The notes: generated from the letters alone by a model not told the origin. Counted from the first letter of the stretch, positions 53,401-63,599 are shown. The stretch is DNA of 64,000 bases from Eledone cirrhosa (GCA_964016885.1 OZ024754.1:26102001-26166000); one strand, 5' to 3'. Numbers and translations are program-made.

Positions 53401-56400
53401 CTGTGAGGTTAAGGAGTTCACTTCACAACACAGATGAAGGTGTGTCTGTGAGGTTAAGGAGTTTACTTCACAACACAGATACAGGCATAGCTGTGTGGTT
53501 AAGGAGTCCACTTCACAACAAAGATGAAGGTGTGTCTGTGAGGTTAAGGAGTTCACTTCACAACACAGATGAAGGTGTGTCTTTGAGGTTAAGGAGTTCA
53601 CTTCACAACACAGATAAGGTATGTCTGTGAGGTTAAGGAGGTTACTTCACAACACAGATGCAGGCATGGCTGTGTGGTTAAGGAGTTCACTTCACAACAC
53701 AGATGAAGGTGTGTCTGTGAGGTTAAGGAGTTCACTTCACAACACAGATGAAGGGAGTGTCTGTGAGGTTAAGGAGTTCACTTCACAACACAGATGAAGG
53801 TGTGTCTGTGAGGTTAAGGAGTTTACTTCACAACACAGATGAAGGGAGTGTCTGTGAGGTTAAGGAGTTTACTTCACAACACAGATAAGGTGTGTCTGTG
53901 AGGTTAAGGAGTTCACTTCACAACACAGATGCAGGCATGGCTGTGTGGTTAAGGAGTTCACTTCACAACATAGATGAAGGTGTGTCTGTGAGGTTAAGGA
54001 GTTCACTTCACAACACAGATGAAGGTGTGTCTGTGAGGTTAAGAAGTTTACTTCACAACACAGATGCAGGCATGGCTGTGTGGTTAAGGAGTAAACTTCA
54101 CAACACAGATGAAGGTGTGTCTGTGAGGTTAAGGAGTTCACTTCACAACACAGATGAAGGTGTATCTGTGAGGTTAAGAAGTTTACTTCACAACACAGAT
54201 GCAGGCATGGCTGTGTGGTTAAGGAGTTTACTTCACAACACAGATGAAGGTGGATCTGTGAGGTTAAGGAGTTCAATTCACAACACAGATGAAGGTGTGT
54301 CTGATGTTAAGGAGTTTACTTCACAACACAGATGAATGTGTGTCTGTGAGGTTAAGGAGTTTACTTCACAACACAGATGAAGGTGTGTGTGAGGTTAAGG
54401 AGTTCACTTCACAACACAGATGCAGGCATGGCTGTGTGGTTAAGGAGTTCACTTCACAACATAGATGAAGGTGTGTCTGTGAGGTTAAGGAGTTCACTTC
54501 ACAACACAGATGAAGGTGTGTCTGTGAGGTTAAGAAGTTTACTTCACAACACAGATGCAGGCATGGCTGTGTGGTTAAGGAGTAAACTTCACAACACAGA
54601 TGAAGGTGTGTCTGTGAGGTTAAGGAGTTTACTTCAAAACACAGATGAAGGTGGGTCTGTGAGGTTAAGGAGTTCACTTCACAACACAGATGAAGGTGTG
54701 TCTGTGAGGTTAAGGAGTTTACTTCACAACATAGATGAAGGTGTGTCTGTGAGGTTAAGGAGTTCACTTCACAACACAGATGAAGGTGTGTCCGTGAGGT
54801 TAAGGAGTTTACTTCACAACACAGATGAAGGTGTGTCTGTGAGGTTCAGGAGTTTACTTCACAACACAGATGGTGTGCCTGTGAGGTTAAGGAGTTCACT
54901 TCACAACACAGATGAATATGTGTCTGAGGTTAAGCAGTTCACTTCACAACACAGATGAAGGTGTGTCTGTGAGGTTAAGGAGTTCACTTCACAACACAGA
55001 TGAAGGTGTGTCTGTGAGGTTAAGGAGTTTACTTCACAACACAAATGCAGGCATGGCTGTGTGGTTAAGGAGTTCACTTCACAACACAGATGAAGGTGTG
55101 TCTGTGAGGTTAAGGAGTTCATTTCACAACACAGATGAAGGTGTGTCTGTGAGGTTAAGGATTTTACTTCACAACACAGATGAAGGTGTGTCTGTGAGGT
55201 TAAGGAGTTCATTTCACAACACAGATGAAGGTGTGTCTGTGAGGTTAAGAAGTTTACTTCACAACACAGATGAAGGTGTGTCTGTGAGGTTAAGGAGTTT
55301 ACTTCACAACACAGATGCAGGCATGGCTGTGTGGTTAAGGAGTTTACTTCACAACACAGATGAAGGTGTGTCTGTGAGGTTAAGGAGTTCACTTCACAAC
55401 ACAGATGAAGGGAGTGTCTGTGAGGTTAAGGAGTTCACTTCACAACACAGATGAAGGTGTGTCTACGAGGTTAAGGAGTTTACTTCACAACACAGATGAA
55501 GGGAGTGTCTGTGAGGTTAAGGAGTTTACTTCACAACACAGATGAAGGGAGTGTCTGTGAGGTTAAGGAGTTTACTTCACAACACAGATGAATGTGTGTA
55601 TGTGAGGTTAAGGAGTTTACTTCACAACACAGATGCAGGCATGGCTGTGTGGTTAAGTAGTTCACTTCACAACACAGATGAAGGTGTGCCTGTGAGGTTA
55701 TGGAGTTCACTTCACAACACAGATGAAGGTGTGTCTTTGAGGTTATGGAGTTCACTTCACAACACAGATGAAGGTGTGCCTGTGAGGTTAAGGAGTTCAC
55801 TTCACAACACAGATGAAGGTGTGCCTGTGAGGTTATGGAGTTCACTTCACAACACAGATGAAGGTGTGCCTGTGAGGTTAAGGAGTTCACTTCACAACAC
55901 AGATGAAGGTGTGCCTGTGAGGTTAAGGAGTTCACTTCACAACACAGATCAAGATGTGTCTGTGAGGTTAAGGAGTTCACTTCACAACACAGATGAAGGT
56001 GTGTCTGTGAGGTTAAGGAGTTCACTTCACAACACAGATGAAGGTGTGTCTGTGAGGTTAAGGAGTTTACTTCACAACACAGATGAAGGTGTGTCTGTGA
56101 GGTTAAGGAGTTTACTTCACAACACAGATGAAGGTGTGTCTGTGAGGTTAAGGAGTTCACTTCACAAAACAGATGAAGGTGTGTCTGTGAGGTTAAGGAG
56201 TTCACTTCACAACACAGATGAAGGTGTGTCTGTGAGGTTAAGGAGTTTACTTCACAACACAGATGAAGGGAGTGTCTGTGAGGTTAAGGAGTTTACTTCA
56301 CAACACAGATGCAGGCATGGCTGTGTGGTCAAGGAGTAAACTTCACAACACAGATGAAGGGAGTGTCTGTGAGGTTAAGGAGTTCACTTCGCAACACAGA

Positions 56401-56753
56401 TGAAGGTGTGTCTGGGAGGTTAAGGAGTTTACTTCACAACACAGATGAAGGTGTGTCTGTGAGGTTAAGGAGTTTACTTCACAACACAGATAAAGGTGTG
56501 TGTGAGGTTAAGGAGTTTACTTCACAACACAGATGAAGGTGTGTCTGTGAGGTTAAGGAGTTCACTTCACAACACAGATGAAGGTGTGTCTGTGAGGTTA
56601 AGAAGTTTACTTCACAACACAGATGCAGGCATGGCTGTGTGGCTAAGGAGTAAACTTCACAACACAGATGAAGTTGTGTCTGTGAGGTTAAGGAGTTTAC
56701 TTCACAACACAGATGAAGGTGTGTCTGTGAGGTTAAGGAGTTCACTTCACAAC
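17417..56753 (+). repeat. Intronic satellite, 45-bp monomer (CACAGATGAAGGTGTGTCTGTGAGGTTAAGGAGTTYACTTCACAA), about 870 copies, derived from a SINE head
   Basis: Uninterrupted head-to-tail array of 39.3 kb; two main monomer classes (GAAGGTGTGTCTGTGAGG and GCAGGCATGGCTGTGTGG) plus length variants; copy number estimated as length/45. Confidence 0.99.
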
Positions 56754-56810
56754 CATGTGGTTTTGGATTCAGTCCCACTGCATGGCACCTTGGTCAAGTG
56801 TATTCTATGG
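56709..56810 (+). mobile_element. tRNA-derived SINE remnant continuing from the last satellite monomer
   Basis: ...CACTTCACAAC runs into CATGTGGTTTTGGATTCAGTCCCACTGCATGGCACCTTGGTCAAGTGT, with a B-box-like GATTCAGTCCC near 56766-56776; colinear with the copy at 9345-9466. Confidence 0.85.
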
Positions 56811-56903
56811 TAGTGTTGATTTCACCAATAATTACATTACATCTGCACACTCACACACACCATCCTATGCTGAAAATGAAGCAGATACTAAATAAATACT
56901 CAC

Positions 56904-57006
56904 ATGCTTTCTTGGTACTTTTTCTTAAGTCCATTACAAGTTGTACAAATGGATCATCCATTTCCTCATCCTCTGAAGTTAATGGTGATGATGATGATTG
57001 AATAGT
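56904..57006 (-). CDS. UTP25: UTP25/DIEXF exon 3 (TIQSSSSPLTSEDEEMDDPFVQLVMDLRKSTKKA)
   Basis: TTCAG acceptor, GTGAGT donor, 103 nt; Ser/acidic run followed by an amphipathic segment, as I recall for the DEF N-terminus; phase 1 fits exon 4. Confidence 0.8.
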
Positions 57007-57054
57007 CTGAATAAGAAGGGACTAAAACTTAAAAGTTTGTAAAGTATTGATATT

Positions 57055-57608
57055 TCAACCCTTTAACATTTACATTACTCTATATTTACTATTGTATTTT
57101 CACGGTAAAGGCTTTACCTCACATAACATTTACATTACTCTATATTTACTATTGTATTTTCACGGTAAACACTTTATTTCACAAAATATCAAATCTATGA
57201 GATTTTGATACTATTTATTTTGAAAACAACACCTTAACATCAGCATGAGTGGCTAGCAGGCGCCTCGTTTGCTTTAAAAATGTGAGGGGGACAAATCAAC
57301 ATTTGTTGATTCTTAAAGGAGCATAAATTCCTTATGGTGCCTTTCCCAGACCTATCACATAAGTAAAATTTTACGCTAATTAAATTTTGTATATTCAAAT
57401 GAAGTTCAGATATAAAAAATAAGCTTAAAAAGAATTTATTATATCAAATAAACAAAAATTAAAACATAGATGTTTGAAAAAGTGGGGGAACTTGTCCCCT
57501 GGTACCCCGCTGAAACAAGGCCCTTGGTGGCTAGTTACAGCCAGTTTGAACAGAAAGAAGTGAGGGAATTCTGGCCAGATACGGCCGATTTAAATGCTAA
57601 AGCGTTAA
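57055..57608 (+). mobile_element. piggyBac-like MITE family A with an internal duplication of about 60 bp and a nested insertion
   Basis: TAACATTTACATTACTCTATATTTACTATTGTATTTTCACGGTAAA occurs twice; ends AATGCTAAAGCGTTAA. Confidence 0.8.
57257..57526. mobile_element. hAT-like MITE, 270 bp
   Basis: Perfect 8-bp target-site duplication GTGGCTAG (57249-57256 and 57527-57534); imperfect TIRs CAGGCGCCTCGTTT / AAACAAGGCCCTTG. Confidence 0.85.
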
Positions 57609-58089
57609 ACCTTTTGTTACCATATTTCTATTGAATTACATTGCTTGTGATTATGAAAATATCAAGAATTTGGGGGATTTAGTAATATAACTAACTTTCA
57701 CATTATTCAGCTGGTGCTAGAAATATAACAGTTTCTTACATTATGATGGAAAGATTTGATAACAATAAAGAATTTGGAATGATTTATAACCAACTTTTTC
57801 ATTATTAAGCTGGTATAAAATTATATAAAATTGTAATGGGTTTTAAGATAAATATAATAACTTCAAGACAAACAGGACCAGGTTTGTGTGGTTTGATGTA
57901 ATATATATTAATTTAATGCTTGAAATAGCAGAAAGAGAGTCTTAACGTTTCAGACACTAGTCCTTCAACAGAAGATAGAGTTAGAAATAGAAGATAAATA
58001 GGAAGTAAAGAGTGATGAGAGGAAGGAACGGGGAAAGTGAGAAAAAAAAAACCCACATGTGCATGTGTATGTATATATATATATATATA

Positions 58090-58260
58090 AATGGCAAATT
58101 GACAGAATTATTACGATGTTAGATAAAATGCTTTGCCGTATTAAATCAAGCTTTCTATGTTCTGAGTTCAAATCCTGTCAAGGTCAACTTTATCTTTCCT
58201 TATTTTAAGGTTAATAAATATAATGAGTCTAGTACTGGAGCTGACTCTCCCTCTCTTTCT
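58090..58260 (+). mobile_element. SINE copy; related opposite-strand copies near 1130-1280, 7615-7760, 58505-58630 and 61590-61790
   Basis: Shared GTTCTGAGTTCAAATCC...GGTCAACTTT core with a B-box-like GAGTTCAAATCC; boundaries approximate. Confidence 0.65.
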
Positions 58261-58441
58261 CTTACTTTAGAAGAGATCAGCTTTATTCAAATCTAGAGAG
58301 AAATAGTTTCTCTCAGGTTTAAATGTTTAAGTGCCCTGTGAGTCCATGGGCCATGGATGGATACATATTGCCATGCTATATACCACACATAGAATGGGTG
58401 TCTGTTACAATTAAGAAATATAACATAACTGAGATACTCAC

Positions 58442-58478
58442 AGGCTCTTCTACATGAAAGCGATCAGCTGGTTTATTT
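58442..58478 (-). CDS. UTP25: UTP25/DIEXF exon 2, 37 nt (K-NKPADRFHVEEP)
   Basis: Poly-T CAG acceptor and GTGAGT donor; phase 2 to 0 links exons 1 and 3 without stops. Confidence 0.75.
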
Positions 58479-60269
58479 CTGAAAAAAAAAGAAGATAAAT
58501 AAAATAACTTAGATAAAAGGCAAAGTTGGCATCAGTGGGATTTGACCTCAGAACGTAATGAGCAGAAATAAATACGAGAAAACATTTTGTCCAATGCTAT
58601 AATATTCCTGCCAATCAACCACCTTCCAAAATCTAGGCACAAGGTCATCTGAAATACCTAGCCTTGTAATACAACAACTCATCTAACCCATGCAAGCATT
58701 AAACATTCCTTGTAGTTGCTGTCAGAAGCAAACATCTCCAATTGATCTGGCTGGATCCCCAAGCATGATCAGCCAAGCTCATGGATGTTATCCAACCATC
58801 TTGGAGCCTATCCTGTAAAATCTGCGCAGCCAGCAATTCTTTCCTGAAACATTCTAACCATATATGCCTGTAATATCTGAGCTGTGATTTCTGAATTTGG
58901 AGAGGTAGCGACTCTACCTGGAGTGACTGTTTCATTACTAAGATAGTAACTTATTGTTTTTATATAAAATTATATTGGCAAATTTTAATTTGAACAGGAA
59001 CTTTTAAAAACCAGAACCAGTTGTGGCCGAGTTGGTATCAAAATGGTAAAAAATCTCACAAGAAACTATCAGATGCAAGCTTATAGGAGTCCAGCCAAAC
59101 AACAATAACAAAAGAGAGAAGGGTTGCAACACTAAATTGTAAGAACCAGTTATGAAATATCAAATTTTCTCCCACCCTCTAAGACATATATCATCTTTCT
59201 CCAGCAGCAAGTACTGAGAATACCATCCTAACTCCTCTAAACAGATATAATTTCAAGAGAACAACAACAACTAAAAACCAACTCAAGAGGATTTGAAGCA
59301 TAAATATTTTATACTTTATAACTCTTTATCGAGAATTTCTAGCAATAAACAACAACATTCCTGAATAAATCTCCAGTGAATTCTAGGAGCATAACTTATT
59401 TTAAATTGTTTCACCCTTTTTTCATGCTCCTATTCCCCTATACACCATTTTATTTTTATTTTCTGCCTTCATCTCCAGCATTTTTATCCTCTTGTATAAC
59501 TAATACTATACATAAATAGCTAGCATTTATTCTCTTATATCATTAGTATTTTTTATCTTTGGTTTTGGTTGAGAGGAAGTAACAATTATGTTGATTATAC
59601 TGTAAGGAGGAATTACAAAGATATATGATATCTAAAATAAAAAAAAGAAAATAACAAAATCAAGTAGCTATCGGTTACAGCTGTGGTAACAGAAACAGAA
59701 CTGTTTACTTTTGAAGAGAACAAGCAAGCTCAGACTAGTCCAAAATATGTTAGAATTATATATATATATATATAGTGAAAAAATATCTATAACAATTACT
59801 ATTATCTGTGTTGTTAGCAATGGCAGAAGTTGCATTTATATAAAAAGATAAGAATTATGAAAGGCAAATTAGCTGTGAACATACTATTATTATGTTACTA
59901 ATATTAGAGTTATTGCTGTTGTTTAGCCCTCAGTCAGTCCTGATCTAGTAGTACTGGATTTATATATATATATAGATATGGGCTGAGTGAACTGCAGCTG
60001 AAGCTCATATTGTCCATGTCAAATTGTTATCAAATACTATTCTTTGGGTGTCCTCTTTGTTTTAGAAGCTGGCATCTAAATAGTTGGAACCTAAGCACAT
60101 CTAAATACCTCTTGGCTCTCTGATTTCAAAGCCCATCAAAATCAACATCTTTCATCCTATCAAGGTTGATAGTTAATATACCACAGTTTTGGTGCAAGGT
60201 TTTTGGAAGAATGAGTTGGACAGGATGGGTTGCAGTATCTGACCTGGTTTTGTATATTTGGAGTTAGAA

Positions 60270-60630
60270 TTGCAACTCGAAATGGGATTCATCTGAAGCG
60301 TGTTTGGAGTAACATTACTCAAAGAGTGTAGCTCGGAGATCAGAGAGTCCCTCCAGGTAAAGCCGTTACTTCTCCAAATTGAGGGATCACAACTCCGATA
60401 CTATGGGCATGTGGTTAGAATGTCTCAGGAAAGAATCACTGGACAGATTTTACATGCAAAACCAACAGGTAGGAGACCCAGGAGTAGACCTTAAGCAAGA
60501 TGGTTGGATAATATCCATGAGCTTGGCTGGTCACGCTTGGGGATCCAGCCAGATCAGTTGGAGACAGTTACTTCCGACAGGACTAGCTGGAGAGAGTGTT
60601 TGAGGACTCTGCCTTCATGATCCTCTTAGG
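60270..60630 (+). mobile_element. RTE-like LINE 3' fragment, second family; more pieces near 11030-11150(-), 58700-58935(-), 60855-61020(-), 61328-61590(+)
   Basis: ORF 60300..60494 FGVTLL...IRESLQVKPLLLQIEGSQLRYYGHVVRM...GRRPRSRP. Confidence 0.8.
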
Positions 60631-62009
60631 TTAGGACCAGGGTTTGACATGTGTGAAACATTTGAAATGAATCCAGTGAATATGATGAAATCCTTCACCA
60701 CTATTTAACACCTATTTTCAATGTGTGCATGGGTGAGACAGGCTGTCACATTCTTCCATTGCTTAATTTATTGCCCTGTATATTGTACACAATTTTCACC
60801 TACTGGAATAACTATTGCTAGTGGATAATAAAGATCACAACATTTATCTTCTTCACCCATTTATTCCTGGGAGGGTCGTGAGGGCAGAATCCTCAGACGC
60901 TATCGAGAGGGTCCTTTCGAAAGCAATGGTCTCTAAATAGTCCCCAAGCGAGACCGACCGAGTTCATGGATGTTCTTCAACTATCTTGCTCGTGATCTAC
61001 TTCTGTCTCTCCTGTCGGTTCAATAAGTTATTATTATTTAATTAATTTATATAATGTGCGAGGGATTGTAAACCGAGAGGAACACGATGAGTGTTTACAA
61101 TCGTCCGATGTGCTAGAAATAGCAGCGAAATCAATCACATATTTCTCCGATCATGTATTTAGTTCCAAGAATTACAAAACGGCGCGAGGTTCACAACCTG
61201 AATACTTCTGATCGGACGCTGCTCCGATCTAGAGCTAAACAACAATTACAAGAACAAACAATAATTCGAATAGAAAAATGGTTAATAAAATGATTGATTT
61301 CTAATTTAAGCAAAAAGCCAATATTTTGAGAGATCACAGCTCCGATACTATGAACATGTGGTTAGAATGTCTTAGGAAAGAATTGCTGGACAGATTTTAC
61401 GGGCAAACCCAACAAGTAGGAAACCCAGGAGTAGACCCCGAGCAAGATGGTTGGATAACATCCATGAGCTTGGTTGGTCATGCTTGGTGATCCAGCTGGA
61501 TCAATTGGATACGGTTGCTTCTGACAGGACCCGTTGGAGGGAATGTTTGAGGACTCTGCCCATCTCAGGAATAAGTGGCGAAGAAGCAAAAAGCCAAAAA
61601 TTTGGGGGAAAGTTAAGTCAATTACATCGACCCCAGTGCTTGATCTTCATATCGATCCACCACCCTAAATAACACAATGTTTAGTCCAATACTCTAACGA
61701 TTATTAACCCACCGCCCTAATAAGTAGTTTATATTATCGATCCTGAAAGGACGAAAAGCAAAATTGACCTCGGCGGGATTTGAATTCAGAAAAAATACCG
61801 CAATGGCCAGAGAGAGAAATGTAAATTATATTGATACTTCAGCGGGATTTAACCGTACGAATTCTGAAAACGACTCTACTATATTACAATTTTTTCAAAT
61901 GATTCTTAAGTCAATTGAATTTTATATAATTTATATAAAATTCGTACGATCGAACAGACCACGTTATATATATATATATGAAAATGTATGACCCCGACGG
62001 CAGAGCTCA

Positions 62010-62058
62010 AGCCGTTTCGACGGCTATTTCTGGACCAGAAATAGCCGTCGAAACGGCT
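62010..62058. repeat. Perfect 24-bp palindrome with a 1-nt centre
   Basis: AGCCGTTTCGACGGCTATTTCTGG-A-CCAGAAATAGCCGTCGAAACGGCT. Confidence 0.97.
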
Positions 62059-62059
62059 G

Positions 62060-62620
62060 TAGCAACATGAAATGAAGTGTTTTGCTCAAGAACATTTAAT
62101 CAGCTTGCCGAACAATCGAACTCACGCCATACATATATATATATATATGTGTGTGTATGTAGTTGACGGCCGAGGGAAAAGAGTACTCAATACCCAAATA
62201 GTGTTTATATATTCATTTATTAAGAGGTCGTCAAAGAACTGATGACCCTGTGCGAAACTCCAAACTAACAAGACTCACTATTTAGTCTTAAATTGTAAAA
62301 AAAAAAAATTTCATTTAAGTAACTCCACTTACGCGTGGTAGTAATACGGTAATAAACGATGTTTTGCTTTCATCGGCTGCTTTCGACTGACAGCTAATAG
62401 CGTTGTAGTGCCGAAATATTTGTTCTCGATATGGTGAACTAACTGTTGTTTTACCACTTCTATATATATATATTATTTAAGACTAAATAGTGAGACTTGT
62501 TAGTTTGGAGTTTCGCTTGCTTCGCACAGGGTCATCAGTTCTTTGACGACCTCTTAATAAATGAATATATAAACACTATTTGGGTATTGAGTACTCTTTT
62601 CCCTCGGCCGTCAACTACAT

Positions 62621-62679
<59 letters not shown>

Positions 62680-62747
62680 GCGTGAGTTCGATTCTTCGAC
62701 AGGCTGATTAAATGTTCTTGCGCAAAACACTTCATTTCATGTTGCTA
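62060..62747. repeat. Long inverted repeat: arms 62060-62293 and 62475-62747, 181-bp spacer
   Basis: Arms are reverse complements apart from a few substitutions, microsatellite length and a 9-bp indel. Confidence 0.95.
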
Positions 62748-63074
62748 GTCCACCCAGCTGGAAATGAGTACTAGTAAAGCTGGGGGGATTAACAGCTAAA
62801 AAAACAATATAAACACCGGCCTGAAGAACCTCTGGATATATATATAATCAGCTTTTCATTTTTAAATACGTTCGTTGAAAACAACTGTATATAACAAGAC
62901 TTAAATTATTTTAATGATTGATTTATAATATTGGCACAAGAAAACAAATTTGAGTTGGTGGAGCCAATGTATAATCGATGAAATACTTAAGTACTTGATC
63001 GTTATTTTATCTTATCGAACTCAAAATAATGTAAGACAAATTATAAAAGCCGCAAAAGCATAAGGGTAAAAAAA

Positions 63075-63320
63075 CACGTGGGGATTCTTAACGCCATGAT
63101 GTGTGGAAATGCAGTAGACTTTTTGGATAGAAGAACACCTGATTGAAGTATTAAAAACAAACAGCATGGAAATAGATTAATTGCTCTAGTTAATGATACT
63201 TAAAAAGTAATTAATTTAATTTAATAATTTAAATACTGAAATAATATATTGTGGCGTTTTGTTTCGTTTTTAAACCATATTTACTACTACTTCATTTCAA
63301 AAGGCAACAATGCGCATGCG
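63075..63320. promoter_or_regulatory. Candidate E-box (CACGTG 63075-63080) and NRF1-like site (TGCGCATGCG 63311-63320) near the start of intron 1
   Basis: Motif matches only; both are common at ribosome-biogenesis and housekeeping promoters. Confidence 0.35.
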
Positions 63321-63390
63321 TCATACTCAAACATATTCATATACACATGCATGCATGTATATTTGTAATTTTTAGATTTAGATAACTCAC

Positions 63391-63485
63391 TTCGGCTTCT
63401 GTGTAGAAGAGTTTTCAGAAGTTTTAGGTCTTTTCGCAGATTTTCTACGGTGTACATGTGTTAGTTGTTTTCTCTTGTGACCCAT
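63391..63485 (-). CDS. UTP25: UTP25/DIEXF coding exon 1 (MGHKRKQLTHVHRRKSAKRPKTSENSSTQKP)
   Basis: ATG at 63485-63483, basic N-terminus, GTGAGT donor at 63390, next to promoter motifs; 95 nt, phase 2 joins exon 2 in frame. Confidence 0.8.
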
Positions 63486-63599
63486 TATTCTTCACGAAAC
63501 AATCATAAGTAACTGCCAAACAAAAACTAACAATTAAAAAAATTTTTTTTTTTTCCACAATTCTATCTGTATTCTATAATTTTCCATAAACTAAAATAT

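Noticed and set aside
17417-56753. CRISPR-like appearance (constant segment plus variable segment)
   Set aside because: No unique spacers, only a few recurrent variants; no cas genes; eukaryotic intron context.
56709-56790. Possible tRNA gene or tRNA array
   Set aside because: Only A/B-box-like remnants and no cloverleaf; the sequence continues into a SINE body.
17331-56813. Over a hundred ORFs on both strands (LRSSLHNTDEGVSVR and LHLCCEVNSLTSQTH repeats), suggesting a repetitive His/Cys metal-binding protein
   Set aside because: A 45-bp period equals 15 codons and produces these frames automatically. Frequent length variants break frame at random, and the array lies in a UTP25 intron.
56798-57001. 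67-aa plus-strand ORF
   Set aside because: Antisense overlap of UTP25 exon 3 and the adjacent intron.
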